Position numbers and translations under genes: made by a program
Assembly: GCF_000196555.1 (NCBI RefSeq)
Contig: NC_015067.1
Span: 810,001-842,000, forward strand
Direction of reading: 5' to 3'
DNA length: 32,000 nucleotides
Source of the DNA: Bifidobacterium longum subsp. longum JCM 1217
GTDB taxonomy: Bacteria > Actinomycetota > Actinomycetes > Actinomycetales > Bifidobacteriaceae
Part shown: one piece after another, positions 16,821-27,330 of the stretch
Layout: each line of letters begins with the position of its first letter
How positions within the stretch are numbered: position 1 is the first letter of the stretch
The notes under the pieces: model-generated
The model's database searches: none
Seen by the model: the letters and a program-made list of their open reading frames with translations, nothing else
What the model was told of the DNA's origin: nothing

Positions 16821-17151
16821 CCTATTGAGTTTCACTTGAGTTTCAGGGGCGTTTTTGGGGTGGTGGGACAAACTACTGGGACAGTTCACTCTCCGAAAAA
16901 TCCTTTACTCTTCGTCCGCTGCGTGTCGCCATGTCCGTGGTGTACGCGCTTTTAGAGTAAAAATGACTGAAACTGCAGGTCAAAAGGCATAAAGAGACCC
17001 CCTGAAAACGTTGTTTCCAGAGGGTCTCAATAGTTTTTACTCACCCAAAATCACAGGTGGCTTTACGCTTTTTCGTACGTGGCGGCACACTGCGACACTC
17101 TACGGACGGAATTTCGATTGCGCAAAATCCGCTCCAGTTTACTCCCACTCG
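16821..17151 (+). repeat. unit A of a diverged ~330-bp direct repeat, ending in a guaA-3'-end-like core (TTTACTCCCACTCG)
   Basis: By eye it aligns along its whole length with 18269..18621. Shared blocks include CCyrTTGAGTT..TTGAGTTTCA.GGG, GGGACAAA, AAATCCTT(T)ACTC, GAGTAAA..GCAGGT.AAA, a hairpin, GTTTTTACTCAC, TCGTACG and GCGG.ACAC..CG.CACTC. Confidence 0.75.
16994..17028 (-). terminator. terminator-like hairpin inside repeat unit A
   Basis: On the minus strand the sequence is GAGACCCTCTG-N13-CAGGGGGTCTC followed by TTTATGCCTTTTG. Its position is equivalent to the guaA-proximal hairpin in unit B. Confidence 0.5.
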
Positions 17152-17344
17152 CCAAAGTAAAACTGGTTCTAAACAATACTGTTTAGGGGATTTGACTCTT
17201 AGTTGCTCAATTTGATACCAATTATCCAACTTATACGGCGTTGTCGGACTCCTGTTATCAAAAGATTATCAAGCCCAATGTTATCAGCAGAAAAGCAATG
17301 GTTTGGATCATCTGTATTATACCACAAGCAGAGTGCTATTTCAA

Positions 17345-17740
17345 TCAAATAAGGGACTGCTTCAACTGTAGAATCCGTTTTTCAATCTCTCGAATGATCT
17401 CGACAAAGACTTGATCTTCGCTTCCGGTCGGATCTTCTAATCCCCAGTTATCGTCAAATGCTCTACCAATGAAAGGACAGCCCACATTGCACCCCATGGA
17501 GATTGCAATATCAGGGGCAGGAATATCCGAGATCAGTTTGGAATACTGGGTTTTCTCCATGTCAATCCCGTACAGTTCTTTCATAATGCGGACAGCATCC
17601 TGATTGATTTGCGGTTTTGTTTCCGTTCCTGCGGAATAGCTTTCAAACACATCGGAAGCCAAGTGCTTTCCCAAGGCCTCGGCAATCTGACTGCGGCAGG
17701 AATTATGGACGCAGATAAATGCCACCTTTTTCTTACTCAT
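17345..17740 (-). CDS. arsC: arsenate reductase, thioredoxin-coupled LMW-PTPase type
   Basis: This 131-aa ORF has the CVHNSCRS (CX5R) P-loop at residues 10-17 and the Cys pair in GCNVGCP (pI258-type C82/C89 arrangement). The region has low-GC, Firmicute-like composition. Confidence 0.9.
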   Translation of the reverse strand: MSKKKVAFICVHNSCRSQIAEALGKHLASDVFESYSAGTETKPQINQDAVRIMKELYGIDMEKTQYSKLISDIPAPDIAISMGCNVGCPFIGRAFDDNWGLEDPTGSEDQVFVEIIREIEKRILQLKQSLI

Positions 17741-17760
17741 ATTTGAACCAGTCTTTCGTT

Positions 17761-18268
17761 TTATTTGCGTTTTTTTACAAGGAACAGCATCACGGGAACT
17801 TCTGTCAGCACACCCACAGTCGTTGCCAGTGCCGCAGGGGAAGTCGTTCCAAACAAGGCGATTGCAACAGCAACAGCCAGTTCAAAGAAGTTGGAAGCAC
17901 AAATCATTCCGGCGGGAGCAGCAATCTTGTAGGGCAGCTTCAAAACCCGGCAAGCGATATACGCAATCGCAAAAATCAGGAAGGTCTGTAAAATCAGCGG
18001 TACCGCAATCAAAACAATGTGCAGAGGTTTTTCCAGAATGGTATTGCCTTGGAACGAGAAAATCATCACCAGCGTCAGCAATAAGCCAATGGTAGTTACA
18101 CTGTCAAACATATGGATGAAAGTCTCCTCAAAGTACACTGCCCCTTCCGCTTGATGACAGCCGAACGGGTCAGCATACCGCCAGCCAGAGGAAACACCAC
18201 AAACAGTACCACAGAGAGAATCAGGGTATCCCACGGAACGGGAACATTGGAACGCCCAGCAAAAAATG
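17761..18268 (-). pseudogene. acr3: ACR3-family arsenite efflux permease, C-terminal half only, with a frameshift in a G4 run (~18141-18144)
   Basis: One frame reads [42 protein letters not shown]. The next frame reads [24 protein letters not shown]...[17 protein letters not shown]...[11 protein letters not shown]. About the first half of the gene is absent, and homology ends at the edge of repeat unit B. Confidence 0.85.
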
Positions 18269-18609
18269 CCCGTTGAGTTCGATTTGAGTTTCACGGGCCC
18301 CGAAACGGCCCCGTTTCGCCCTCGGGGACAAAAACCGCGCGTCAACTCACTTGGGATAAATCCTTACTCCCATTCCCTCGAATACCTCCCCGTGCCTTGT
18401 TGTCTTGAAACACGGGGAGTAAATGGCGAAATCGCAGGTGAAAGGGAGTAAAACGGCAAAGAAAAAGCCTCCGTTCCAACGAGGGAACGGAGGCTAGGAA
18501 ATCGTTTTTACTCACTGCCGTCGCTGGCGGTTTTGCCATGACTCTCGTACGAAACGAAACTCAGCGGTACACCACGGCACTCAAAAGAGCAGGTCAAAGC
18601 CCTATCGGC

Positions 18610-18621
<12 letters not shown>
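18269..18621 (+). repeat. unit B of the ~330-bp direct repeat, ending in the genuine guaA stop region (TTACTCCCATTCG)
   Basis: See unit A. This unit also contains an internal perfect copy of the 12-nt guaA end (TTACTCCCATTC) at 18364-18375, matching 18610-18621. Confidence 0.75.
18466..18495 (-). terminator. intrinsic terminator ~115 nt downstream of guaA
   Basis: On the minus strand the sequence is AGCCTCCGTTCC-CTCGTT-GGAACGGAGGCT followed by TTTTTCTTTGCC. Confidence 0.75.
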
Positions 18622-20172
<1,551 letters not shown>

Positions 20173-20617
20173 TGATATTCCCCTAACGTTCATTGGAATT
20201 TTACGTGGGCTGAACACCCCTGATTATCACTGGTCAAGGCGACAAGGCCGACACGCAGAGACTATGTGCGCAAATCGAACAAACTACATGCCTGTAGACG
20301 GACAACACGCCGATTTCGAACATGGGAAATCGAACGTGCGCTGTTCTAGCCAAATGCTGGATTTCCGCATGCTTCCGCCGTTTTGAAAAAGTATGTTGAA
20401 AAAACTAATGTTGACAAACGGTCAGTCGAACCGCACAAATACTGAAATATCCGCAACAATTTCGAACACACCCGCAAGAAATCGTTCAAAAGTCGCGTTG
20501 TCCTCGTACCATGACGATTGATTGGGAACGGAAAACCTTGGCACCGCAAGGGTCAGGGACCGTGACCGAACAGAAATAATCAATCGCACGATCACGTGCA
20601 GGAGTACAGGAGTACAC

Positions 20618-23095
20618 ATGACGAGTCCTGTTATTGGCACCCCTTGGAAGAAGCTCAACGCTCCGGTTTCCGAGGAAGCCCTCGAAGGCGTTGACAAGTA
20701 CTGGCGCGTTGCCAACTACCTTTCCATCGGCCAGATTTATCTGCGTTCCAACCCGCTGATGAAGGAGCCCTTCACCCGCGAAGATGTGAAGCACCGTCTG
20801 GTGGGCCACTGGGGCACTACCCCTGGCCTGAACTTCCTCATCGGCCACATCAACCGTTTCATTGCTGACCACGGCCAGAACACCGTGATCATCATGGGCC
20901 CGGGCCACGGTGGCCCGGCCGGTACCTCCCAGTCCTACCTGGACGGCACCTACACCGAGACCTTCCCGAAGATCACCAAGGACGAAGCTGGTCTGCAGAA
21001 GTTCTTCCGTCAGTTCTCTTACCCGGGCGGCATTCCGTCCCACTTCGCTCCGGAGACCCCGGGCTCCATCCACGAGGGTGGTGAGCTGGGTTACGCTCTG
21101 TCCCACGCTTACGGCGCCATCATGGACAACCCGAGCCTGTTTGTCCCGGCCATCGTCGGCGACGGCGAGGCTGAGACCGGCCCGCTGGCTACCGGCTGGC
21201 AGTCCAACAAGCTCGTGAACCCGCGCACCGACGGTATCGTGCTGCCGATCCTGCACCTCAACGGCTACAAGATCGCCAACCCGACCATCCTGTCCCGCAT
21301 CTCCGACGAAGAGCTCCACGAGTTCTTCCACGGCATGGGTTACGAGCCCTACGAGTTCGTCGCTGGCTTCGATGATGAGGACCACATGTCCATCCACCGT
21401 CGCTTCGCCGAGCTGTGGGAGACCATCTGGGACGAGATCTGCGACATCAAGGCCACCGCTCAGACCGACAACGTGCACCGTCCGTTCTACCCGATGCTGA
21501 TCTTCCGCACCCCGAAGGGCTGGACCTGCCCGAAGTACATCGACGGCAAGAAGACCGAGGGCTCCTGGCGTTCCCACCAGGTGCCGCTGGCTTCCGCCCG
21601 CGACACCGAGGCCCACTTCGAGGTTCTCAAGAACTGGCTCGAGTCCTACAAGCCGGAAGAGCTGTTCGACGCCAACGGTGCTGTCAAGGACGACGTCCTT
21701 GCCTTCATGCCGAAGGGCGAGCTGCGTATCGGTGCCAACCCGAACGCCAACGGTGGTGTGATCCGCAACGACCTGAAGCTGCCGAACCTCGAGGACTACG
21801 AGGTCAAGGAAGTGGCTGAGTACGGCCACGGCTGGGGCCAGCTCGAGGCCACCCGTACCCTGGGTGCCTACACTCGCGACATCATCAAGAACAACCCGCG
21901 CGACTTCCGCATCTTCGGACCGGATGAGACCGCTTCCAACCGTCTGCAGGCTTCCTACGAAGTCACCAACAAGCAGTGGGATGCCGGCTACATCTCCGAC
22001 GAGGTCGACGAGCACATGCACGTCTCCGGCCAGGTCGTTGAGCAGCTGTCCGAGCACCAGATGGAAGGCTTCCTCGAGGCCTACCTGCTGACCGGTCGTC
22101 ACGGCATCTGGAGCTCCTACGAGTCCTTCGTCCACGTGATCGACTCCATGCTGAACCAGCACGCCAAGTGGCTTGAGGCTACCGTCCGCGAGATTCCGTG
22201 GCGCAAGCCGATCGCCTCCATGAACCTGCTGGTCTCCTCCCATGTTTGGCGTCAGGACCACAACGGCTTCTCCCACCAGGATCCGGGTGTCACCTCCGTC
22301 CTGCTGAACAAGTGCTTCCACAACGACCACGTCATCGGCATCTACTTCGCCACCGATGCGAACATGCTGCTGGCCATCGCCGAGAAGTGCTACAAGTCCA
22401 CCAACAAGATCAACGCCATCATCGCTGGTAAGCAGCCTGCTGCCACCTGGCTGACCCTGGACGAGGCTCGTGCCGAGCTCGAGAAGGGTGCCGCCGCTTG
22501 GGATTGGGCTTCCACCGCCAAGAACAACGATGAGGCCGAGGTCGTGCTTGCCGCCGCCGGCGATGTCCCGACTCAGGAGATCATGGCTGCTTCCGACAAG
22601 CTGAAGGAACTGGGCGTCAAGTTCAAGGTTGTGAACGTTGCCGACCTGCTCTCCCTGCAGTCCGCCAAGGAGAACGACGAGGCTCTGACCGACGAGGAGT
22701 TCGCCGACATCTTCACCGCCGACAAGCCGGTGCTGTTCGCGTACCACTCCTACGCTCACGACGTGCGTGGCCTGATCTACGACCGTCCGAACCACGACAA
22801 CTTCAACGTCCACGGCTACGAGGAGGAGGGCTCCACCACCACCCCGTACGACATGGTTCGTGTCAACCGCATCGACCGCTACGAGCTGACCGCTGAGGCT
22901 CTGCGCATGATCGACGCCGACAAGTACGCCGACAAGATCGACGAGCTCGAGAAGTTCCGTGATGAGGCCTTCCAGTTCGCCGTCGACAACGGCTACGACC
23001 ACCCGGACTACACCGACTGGGTGTACTCCGGCGTGAACACCGACAAGAAGGGTGCCGTCACCGCTACCGCCGCTACCGCTGGCGACAACGAGTGA
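20618..23095 (+). CDS. xfp: xylulose-5-phosphate / fructose-6-phosphate phosphoketolase
   Basis: The ORF is 825 aa from ATG 20618, with GGAG repeats upstream. The sequence [13 protein letters not shown]...[15 protein letters not shown]...[10 protein letters not shown]...[15 protein letters not shown] is the classic bifidobacterial Xfp sequence. Confidence 0.96.
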   Translation: MTSPVIGTPWKKLNAPVSEEALEGVDKYWRVANYLSIGQIYLRSNPLMKEPFTREDVKHRLVGHWGTTPGLNFLIGHINRFIADHGQNTVIIMGPGHGGPAGTSQSYLDGTYTETFPKITKDEAGLQKFFRQFSYPGGIPSHFAPETPGSIHEGGELGYALSHAYGAIMDNPSLFVPAIVGDGEAETGPLATGWQSNKLVNPRTDGIVLPILHLNGYKIANPTILSRISDEELHEFFHGMGYEPYEFVAGFDDEDHMSIHRRFAELWETIWDEICDIKATAQTDNVHRPFYPMLIFRTPKGWTCPKYIDGKKTEGSWRSHQVPLASARDTEAHFEVLKNWLESYKPEELFDANGAVKDDVLAFMPKGELRIGANPNANGGVIRNDLKLPNLEDYEVKEVAEYGHGWGQLEATRTLGAYTRDIIKNNPRDFRIFGPDETASNRLQASYEVTNKQWDAGYISDEVDEHMHVSGQVVEQLSEHQMEGFLEAYLLTGRHGIWSSYESFVHVIDSMLNQHAKWLEATVREIPWRKPIASMNLLVSSHVWRQDHNGFSHQDPGVTSVLLNKCFHNDHVIGIYFATDANMLLAIAEKCYKSTNKINAIIAGKQPAATWLTLDEARAELEKGAAAWDWASTAKNNDEAEVVLAAAGDVPTQEIMAASDKLKELGVKFKVVNVADLLSLQSAKENDEALTDEEFADIFTADKPVLFAYHSYAHDVRGLIYDRPNHDNFNVHGYEEEGSTTTPYDMVRVNRIDRYELTAEALRMIDADKYADKIDELEKFRDEAFQFAVDNGYDHPDYTDWVYSGVNTDKKGAVTATAATAGDNE

Positions 23096-23130
23096 TAACA
23101 CCTCCACGGTGTTGTTAGTTCGCTAACACC

Positions 23131-23160
23131 AAAGGGCTCGGGATTCGTCCCGAGCCCTTT
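23131..23160. terminator. bidirectional terminator between the convergent xfp and HAD hydrolase genes
   Basis: AAAGGGCTCGGGA-TTCG-TCCCGAGCCCTTT forms a 13-bp perfect stem with T/A-rich flanks on both strands. Confidence 0.75.
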
Positions 23161-23216
23161 GCTTATTCATAAGCCCTGTCACGGCGGGGCAGAACAAAGC
23201 GAACTGTTGTGATGTT

Positions 23217-24047
23217 TTAATCGCGTAGCACCCTGAAATGCAGCAGGGCATTGCGCACACCGTCGTGGTCCACATCGTCAGTGATGTAGTCGGCGGCGGC
23301 CTTGGGCTCGGCGGTCGCATTGCCCATCGCGACCCCGATGCCGGCGTAGGCGAGCATATCCGTGTCATTGCCGCCATCGCCGAAGGCCATGGTCTGCTCG
23401 CGCGTGATGCCGTAATGCGCCATGAACCGCTGGATGCCGCGCGGCTTGCCGCCATCGGCCGGAATCAGATCCGTGAAATCCGGATGCCAACGCACCCCGC
23501 GCACATTGCTGCACAGTCCCACCAGTTCGGCCTCCAGCTCGGGCCCGACAAAGGGACTGATCTGGAAAGTCTCATGATCCAGCGCGCGGGTGCGCGGGTC
23601 CTCGAAATACCGGGTCGGTGCGGTTTTGCCCAGTTTGCTCCACGTGGCGCGAAGCAGATCATTGGACTGGTTGAAGTACACGTAATCCTTCTCGCCGAAA
23701 TTGCACACCACATCGGGGTGACGGTCCAGCCAGTCGAGAATCACCTCAATATCAGCAGTATCCAAGGCCTGCGAGGCAAAGAAGCCGGTGTCATCAAAAC
23801 AATACTGCCCATTGAACGCCACCACGCCATCGAACGTCACCGGCATGGTATCCAGCACCACGTGCATCTGTGAAGGCGCGCGGCCCGTGCAAATCAGCAC
23901 CTTGACGCCTGCGGCCTGCAGCCGGTGAATCGCCTCGATTGTGGAATCCGGCACCGTATGGGTCGTGAAACTGGTGAGCGTGCCATCGATATCGAAGAAT
24001 ACGGCTCGGATATCGGCATTGGCAGTATCGGTAGTCATAGCTTCCAT
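23217..24047 (-). CDS. Cof-type HAD-IIB family hydrolase
   Basis: It has the DIDGTL motif (AVFFDIDGTLTSF), CTGR, and the C-terminal GDGGNDTDML. The start is probably ATG 24047 (AGAGGGG upstream). ATG 24038 or GTG 24089 are also possible. Confidence 0.85.
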   Translation of the reverse strand: MEAMTTDTANADIRAVFFDIDGTLTSFTTHTVPDSTIEAIHRLQAAGVKVLICTGRAPSQMHVVLDTMPVTFDGVVAFNGQYCFDDTGFFASQALDTADIEVILDWLDRHPDVVCNFGEKDYVYFNQSNDLLRATWSKLGKTAPTRYFEDPRTRALDHETFQISPFVGPELEAELVGLCSNVRGVRWHPDFTDLIPADGGKPRGIQRFMAHYGITREQTMAFGDGGNDTDMLAYAGIGVAMGNATAEPKAAADYITDDVDHDGVRNALLHFRVLRD

Positions 24048-24239
24048 TGTCAAAGCCCCTCTCGACGTGCTTTCCGGCGTGTTCGGCACGCCTATAGCGG
24101 GTTATCAAACGCACGAATCCCGGACATTGCATGCGCGCCATAAAAGACACCTATATGGCAATCGGCCATTTTCCGTCACTTTCGCGGTTCAAGCGCGTTA
24201 TGGTGTTACCCGACATCAATTTTGGAGAGAGGAAATCCA

Positions 24240-25220
24240 ATGACAGCAGCAACCCAGCCGGCAACCCCGGCCGCTCCTAACAATAACGAGCCGGTGCGTG
24301 TGAACCACACCGCCCGCAACGTCATCATCACCATCGTGGTCGTGGCGATTATCGCCGTAGCCGCGTTCTTCGGCTACCGCGCGTTTGCCGGTGCCAACGA
24401 GTCGTCCGCCAAGGGCAGCAAGGGCAACCCGGTCAAGATCGGCGTGGTCGGCGCTACCAACCCCGAATGGGTCAAGTTCAAGCAGGACGCCGAGAAGGCC
24501 GGCATCTACGTCGACATCGTCGACTTCCAGGACTACACCTCCGAAAACCCGGCCCTTGACTCCGGCGAGCTGGACCTCAACGAATTCCAGCACCTGCTCT
24601 ACTTGGCCAACTACAACGTGAGCAACAAGAAGGACCTGCAGCCCATCGGCGGCACCGCCATCTACCCGCTCGGCGTGTACTCCACCAAGGTCAAGGACAT
24701 CAAGGACCTGAAGCAGGGCGACACCGTCACCATTCCGAACGACGAAACCAACCAGGCCCGCGCTATCGGCGTGCTCAAGGCCGCCGGTCTCGTGACGCTC
24801 AAGGGCGACTGGACCGCCTTCTCCACCCCGGCCTACATCGACGAAGCCAAGAGCAAGGTCAAGGTCACCCCGCTCAAGGCCGAACAGGTGGCCACCACCC
24901 TGAAGGACCCGACCATCGCCGCTGGTGTGATCAACAACGACTACGTGGCCGATGCCGGTCTCGACCCGAAGGACGCCATCTACCAGGATGACGCCGAATC
25001 CGAAGAGGCTCGCCCCTACATCAACGTGTGGGTGGCCCGCAAGGCGGACGTGAACAACGAGACCTACAAGAAGCTCGTTTCCATCTACCAGCGGAAGGAT
25101 GTGCTCGACGCCCTGCAGGAGAACTCCGGCGGTACCGCGGTGTTCGCCGACAAGTTCAGCGCCAGCGAGCTGCAAGGCTTCCTGTCCGACATTGAGAAGG
25201 ATGCCAAGGCCCAGCAGTGA
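24240..25220 (+). CDS. metQ: MetQ/NlpA-family methionine ABC transporter substrate-binding protein (membrane-anchored, with no lipobox)
   Basis: ATG 24240 lies 8 nt after GGAGAGAGGAAA. An N-terminal TM helix (VIITIVVVAIIAVAAFFGY) is followed by the NlpA-like domain (KIGVVG...LDLNEFQH...). It is followed by metN and metI. Confidence 0.85.
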   Translation: MTAATQPATPAAPNNNEPVRVNHTARNVIITIVVVAIIAVAAFFGYRAFAGANESSAKGSKGNPVKIGVVGATNPEWVKFKQDAEKAGIYVDIVDFQDYTSENPALDSGELDLNEFQHLLYLANYNVSNKKDLQPIGGTAIYPLGVYSTKVKDIKDLKQGDTVTIPNDETNQARAIGVLKAAGLVTLKGDWTAFSTPAYIDEAKSKVKVTPLKAEQVATTLKDPTIAAGVINNDYVADAGLDPKDAIYQDDAESEEARPYINVWVARKADVNNETYKKLVSIYQRKDVLDALQENSGGTAVFADKFSASELQGFLSDIEKDAKAQQ

Positions 25221-25270
25221 GCCGCGGCTGATACGAGCGCACGACTAGCCTGTCCATAGCCATTACCACC

Positions 25271-25315
25271 AAGCGGAGCGAGTACCCGAGCCAACAATCG
25301 GGATTCGCTCCGCTT
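25271..25315 (+). other. intercistronic stem-loop between metQ and metN
   Basis: AAGCGGAGCGA-N23-TCGCTCCGCTT forms an 11-bp stem with an inner CCCGA/TCGGG pairing. There is no U-tract. Confidence 0.5.
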
Positions 25316-25353
25316 CCGTGACCGGACACCAACAACCAGCATCAGGGAGCACT

Positions 25354-26559
25354 ATGAGCGACCCCATCATCACCTTCGACCATGTCGTGAAGGAATTCAA
25401 AACACGCGGACGCGGCGCGAACATCGCACGAGCCGTGGATGACGTCAGCCTGACCATCGATCGCGGTGACATCTTCGGCATCATCGGCTATTCCGGTGCA
25501 GGCAAATCCACACTGGTCCGGCTTATCAACGCGCTCGAACGACCCACCTCCGGCACTGTGACCGTGCTTGGTACTGATATCACCTCTCTGAGTGAGACCA
25601 AGCTGCGGCCCATCCGCCAGAAAATCGGCATGATTTTCCAGCAGTTCAACCTGTTCTCCACCAAAACCGTGGCCCAGAACATCGCCTACCCACTGCAACT
25701 CGATCACTGGCGCAAGGACTATCAGGATCGTCGTGTCAACGAACTCCTTGAATTCGTGGGCCTCAGTGAGCACGCAAACAAATACCCTTCGCAGCTGTCC
25801 GGCGGCCAGAAGCAGCGCGTCGGCATCGCCCGCGCACTGGCCACTAATCCGGAGATTCTGCTCGCCGACGAAGCCACCAGCGCGCTCGACCCGGAAACCA
25901 CCACCGAAGTGCTGGCCTTGCTCAAGCGTGTGAACGAGGAATTCGGCATCACCATTGTGCTTATCACCCATCAGATGAACGTGGTCCAGCAGATTGCCGG
26001 CCGCGTGGCCGTAATGAGCGCCGGACGCGTGGTCAAATCCGGCGACGTATACGATGTGTTCGCTGCACCCCAGCAGCCGGTGACCAAGCGATTCATTGCC
26101 ACCGCATTGTCTGGCCTGCCCGAGGAAGACCGGGTCGAGCGATTGCATCACGAATGGTCGGGCCGCATTGTCACCGTGCTTATCCGCCAAAAGGACGTTT
26201 CCGGCACCCAAGGCCATGAACTCAAGGCATCCGGACAGAATATCTCCGAACTCATCGCCAAATACGGCGTCGAATCCAGCCTGCTCTACGGCGGCATCGA
26301 CACGGTCAAGGGGACCGCCATCGGTGCCATCACCTACGAATTCAACGGGCCCGGCTGGCATGTGGACGAATTCCTGCGCGAGCTCGCCGCCAATAGCGAC
26401 GTCATCGACTTCGGCACCGCCGCAAAGCCTGTGGCCTACGCCGACGCAGTCGCCGGACATGCCTCCTACGCCGAAGACCGCGCCCATGACCCACTGGCGG
26501 CCGATACTGCCACCGCGCCCGCCGCGTCCGCCGCCGCACATGAAGGAGCCAACGCATGA
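25354..26559 (+). CDS. metN: methionine ABC transporter ATP-binding protein
   Basis: ATG 25354. It has Walker A GYSGAGKST, the signature LSGGQKQRV, Walker B ILLADEATSALD, a C-terminal NIL-like domain, and an Ala/Asp-rich tail. Its stop overlaps the metI start (ATGA). Confidence 0.9.
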   Translation: MSDPIITFDHVVKEFKTRGRGANIARAVDDVSLTIDRGDIFGIIGYSGAGKSTLVRLINALERPTSGTVTVLGTDITSLSETKLRPIRQKIGMIFQQFNLFSTKTVAQNIAYPLQLDHWRKDYQDRRVNELLEFVGLSEHANKYPSQLSGGQKQRVGIARALATNPEILLADEATSALDPETTTEVLALLKRVNEEFGITIVLITHQMNVVQQIAGRVAVMSAGRVVKSGDVYDVFAAPQQPVTKRFIATALSGLPEEDRVERLHHEWSGRIVTVLIRQKDVSGTQGHELKASGQNISELIAKYGVESSLLYGGIDTVKGTAIGAITYEFNGPGWHVDEFLRELAANSDVIDFGTAAKPVAYADAVAGHASYAEDRAHDPLAADTATAPAASAAAHEGANA

Positions 26560-27242
26560 TCATCCTCGCCAACCCGCGTAGCGACTGGAACGTGCTGCGT
26601 CCACTACTGTTCGAATCCATTGGCCAGACCCTGACCATGGTGCTCGTCACCCTCGTCATCGGCGGATTCCTCGGCCTGATCCTCGGCGTGGTGCTCTATG
26701 GCACCCGCCCCGGCAACCTGTTCGAGAACGCGGTCGTCTACCGCATCCTTGACATCATCGTCAACATCGTGCGCCCGATTCCGTTCATCATCTTCCTGGC
26801 AGCCATGCAGCCGCTCACCATCGTCGTGGTCGGCACGTCCATCGGCACCGTGGCCGCCATCTTCCCGATGGTGGTGATGTGCACCTTCGCCACCTCGCGT
26901 CTGGTCGAACAGAATCTCGTGCCGGTCGACCCGGGAGTAATCGAGGCCGCGCGTTCGATGGGTGCCGGCAAGCTCACCATCATCCGCACCGTGCTCATCC
27001 CCGAAGCCCTGGCACCGCTGATCCTGGCCTACGCCTTCCTGTTCATTGGCGTGCTCGACATGTCTGCCATGGCCGGCTACATCGGCGGTGGCGGTCTCGG
27101 TAACTTCGCCATCGCCTACGGCTACCAGAAGTTCGACCAGACCGTCACCTGGACGGCCGTGATCATCATGATCGTACTGGTCCAGGTGGTGCAGGGCATC
27201 GCCAACGCCATCGCCAAACGACTGCTCAAACGCCAGCAATAA
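26556..27242 (+). CDS. metI: methionine ABC transporter permease
   Basis: This 228-aa ORF has 5 TM-like helices and an EAA-type loop (IEAARSMGAGKLTIIRTVLIPEA). Confidence 0.9.
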   Translation: MIILANPRSDWNVLRPLLFESIGQTLTMVLVTLVIGGFLGLILGVVLYGTRPGNLFENAVVYRILDIIVNIVRPIPFIIFLAAMQPLTIVVVGTSIGTVAAIFPMVVMCTFATSRLVEQNLVPVDPGVIEAARSMGAGKLTIIRTVLIPEALAPLILAYAFLFIGVLDMSAMAGYIGGGGLGNFAIAYGYQKFDQTVTWTAVIIMIVLVQVVQGIANAIAKRLLKRQQ

Positions 27243-27266
27243 CAAGGCATACTGACCCCATAGATC

Positions 27267-27297
27267 GCGGCCCTCGCCAATATGGAGCGAGGGCCGC
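27267..27297 (+). terminator. hairpin after metI
   Basis: GCGGCCCTCGC-N9-GCGAGGGCCGC is followed by AATATATTCTTCG. Confidence 0.55.
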
Positions 27298-27330
27298 AAT
27301 ATATTCTTCGCGCTACTAGAATCGGGAACC

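Noticed and set aside
16860-16890. Resemblance of GGGACAAACTACTGGGACAG to Tn7 TnsB-binding repeats (GGACAAAATAGTTGGGAACTG), which raised the idea of a Tn7-like element homing downstream of guaA
   Set aside because: Only one such box is present per unit. It is ~45 nt from the unit edge instead of at a TGT tip, and no tns genes or repeated 22-mers are visible. Chance similarity is more likely.
17041-17229. 62-aa minus-strand ORF between repeat unit A and arsC
   Set aside because: It overlaps the guaA-end-like core and repeat sequence, and has no RBS or recognisable motif.
18342-18539. 65-aa minus-strand ORF downstream of guaA
   Set aside because: It reads straight through the strong intrinsic terminator hairpin (18466-18495) and lies within repeat unit B. 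It is unlikely to be coding.
20411-20448. TTGACA at 20411-20416 as a -35 element for xfp
   Set aside because: No convincing -10 hexamer lies at 16-19 bp spacing (the options are CACAAA, ACAAAT or TGAAAT at longer spacing). It is too weak to call without a mapped transcription start.
20522-20617. N-terminal extension of xfp suggested by the ORF track (start at 20522)
   Set aside because: The canonical Xfp N-terminus [10 protein letters not shown] begins at ATG 20618 with GGAG motifs just upstream. The extension covers the structured leader and has no RBS.
20486-23107. 873-aa ORF on the minus strand spanning all of xfp
   Set aside because: It lies exactly antisense to a gene with unmistakable phosphoketolase sequence. 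The product is a V/G/L/D/H-rich low-information string, typical of shadow frames in high-GC DNA, and has no RBS or recognisable motif.
24090-24239. Looked for a SAM riboswitch or Met T-box leader upstream of metQ
   Set aside because: I could not find the conserved SAM-I/SAM-IV core or a T-box sequence (AAnnnGGGUGGnACCGCG). The GGTACACCACGG at ~18566 is also not a T-box.
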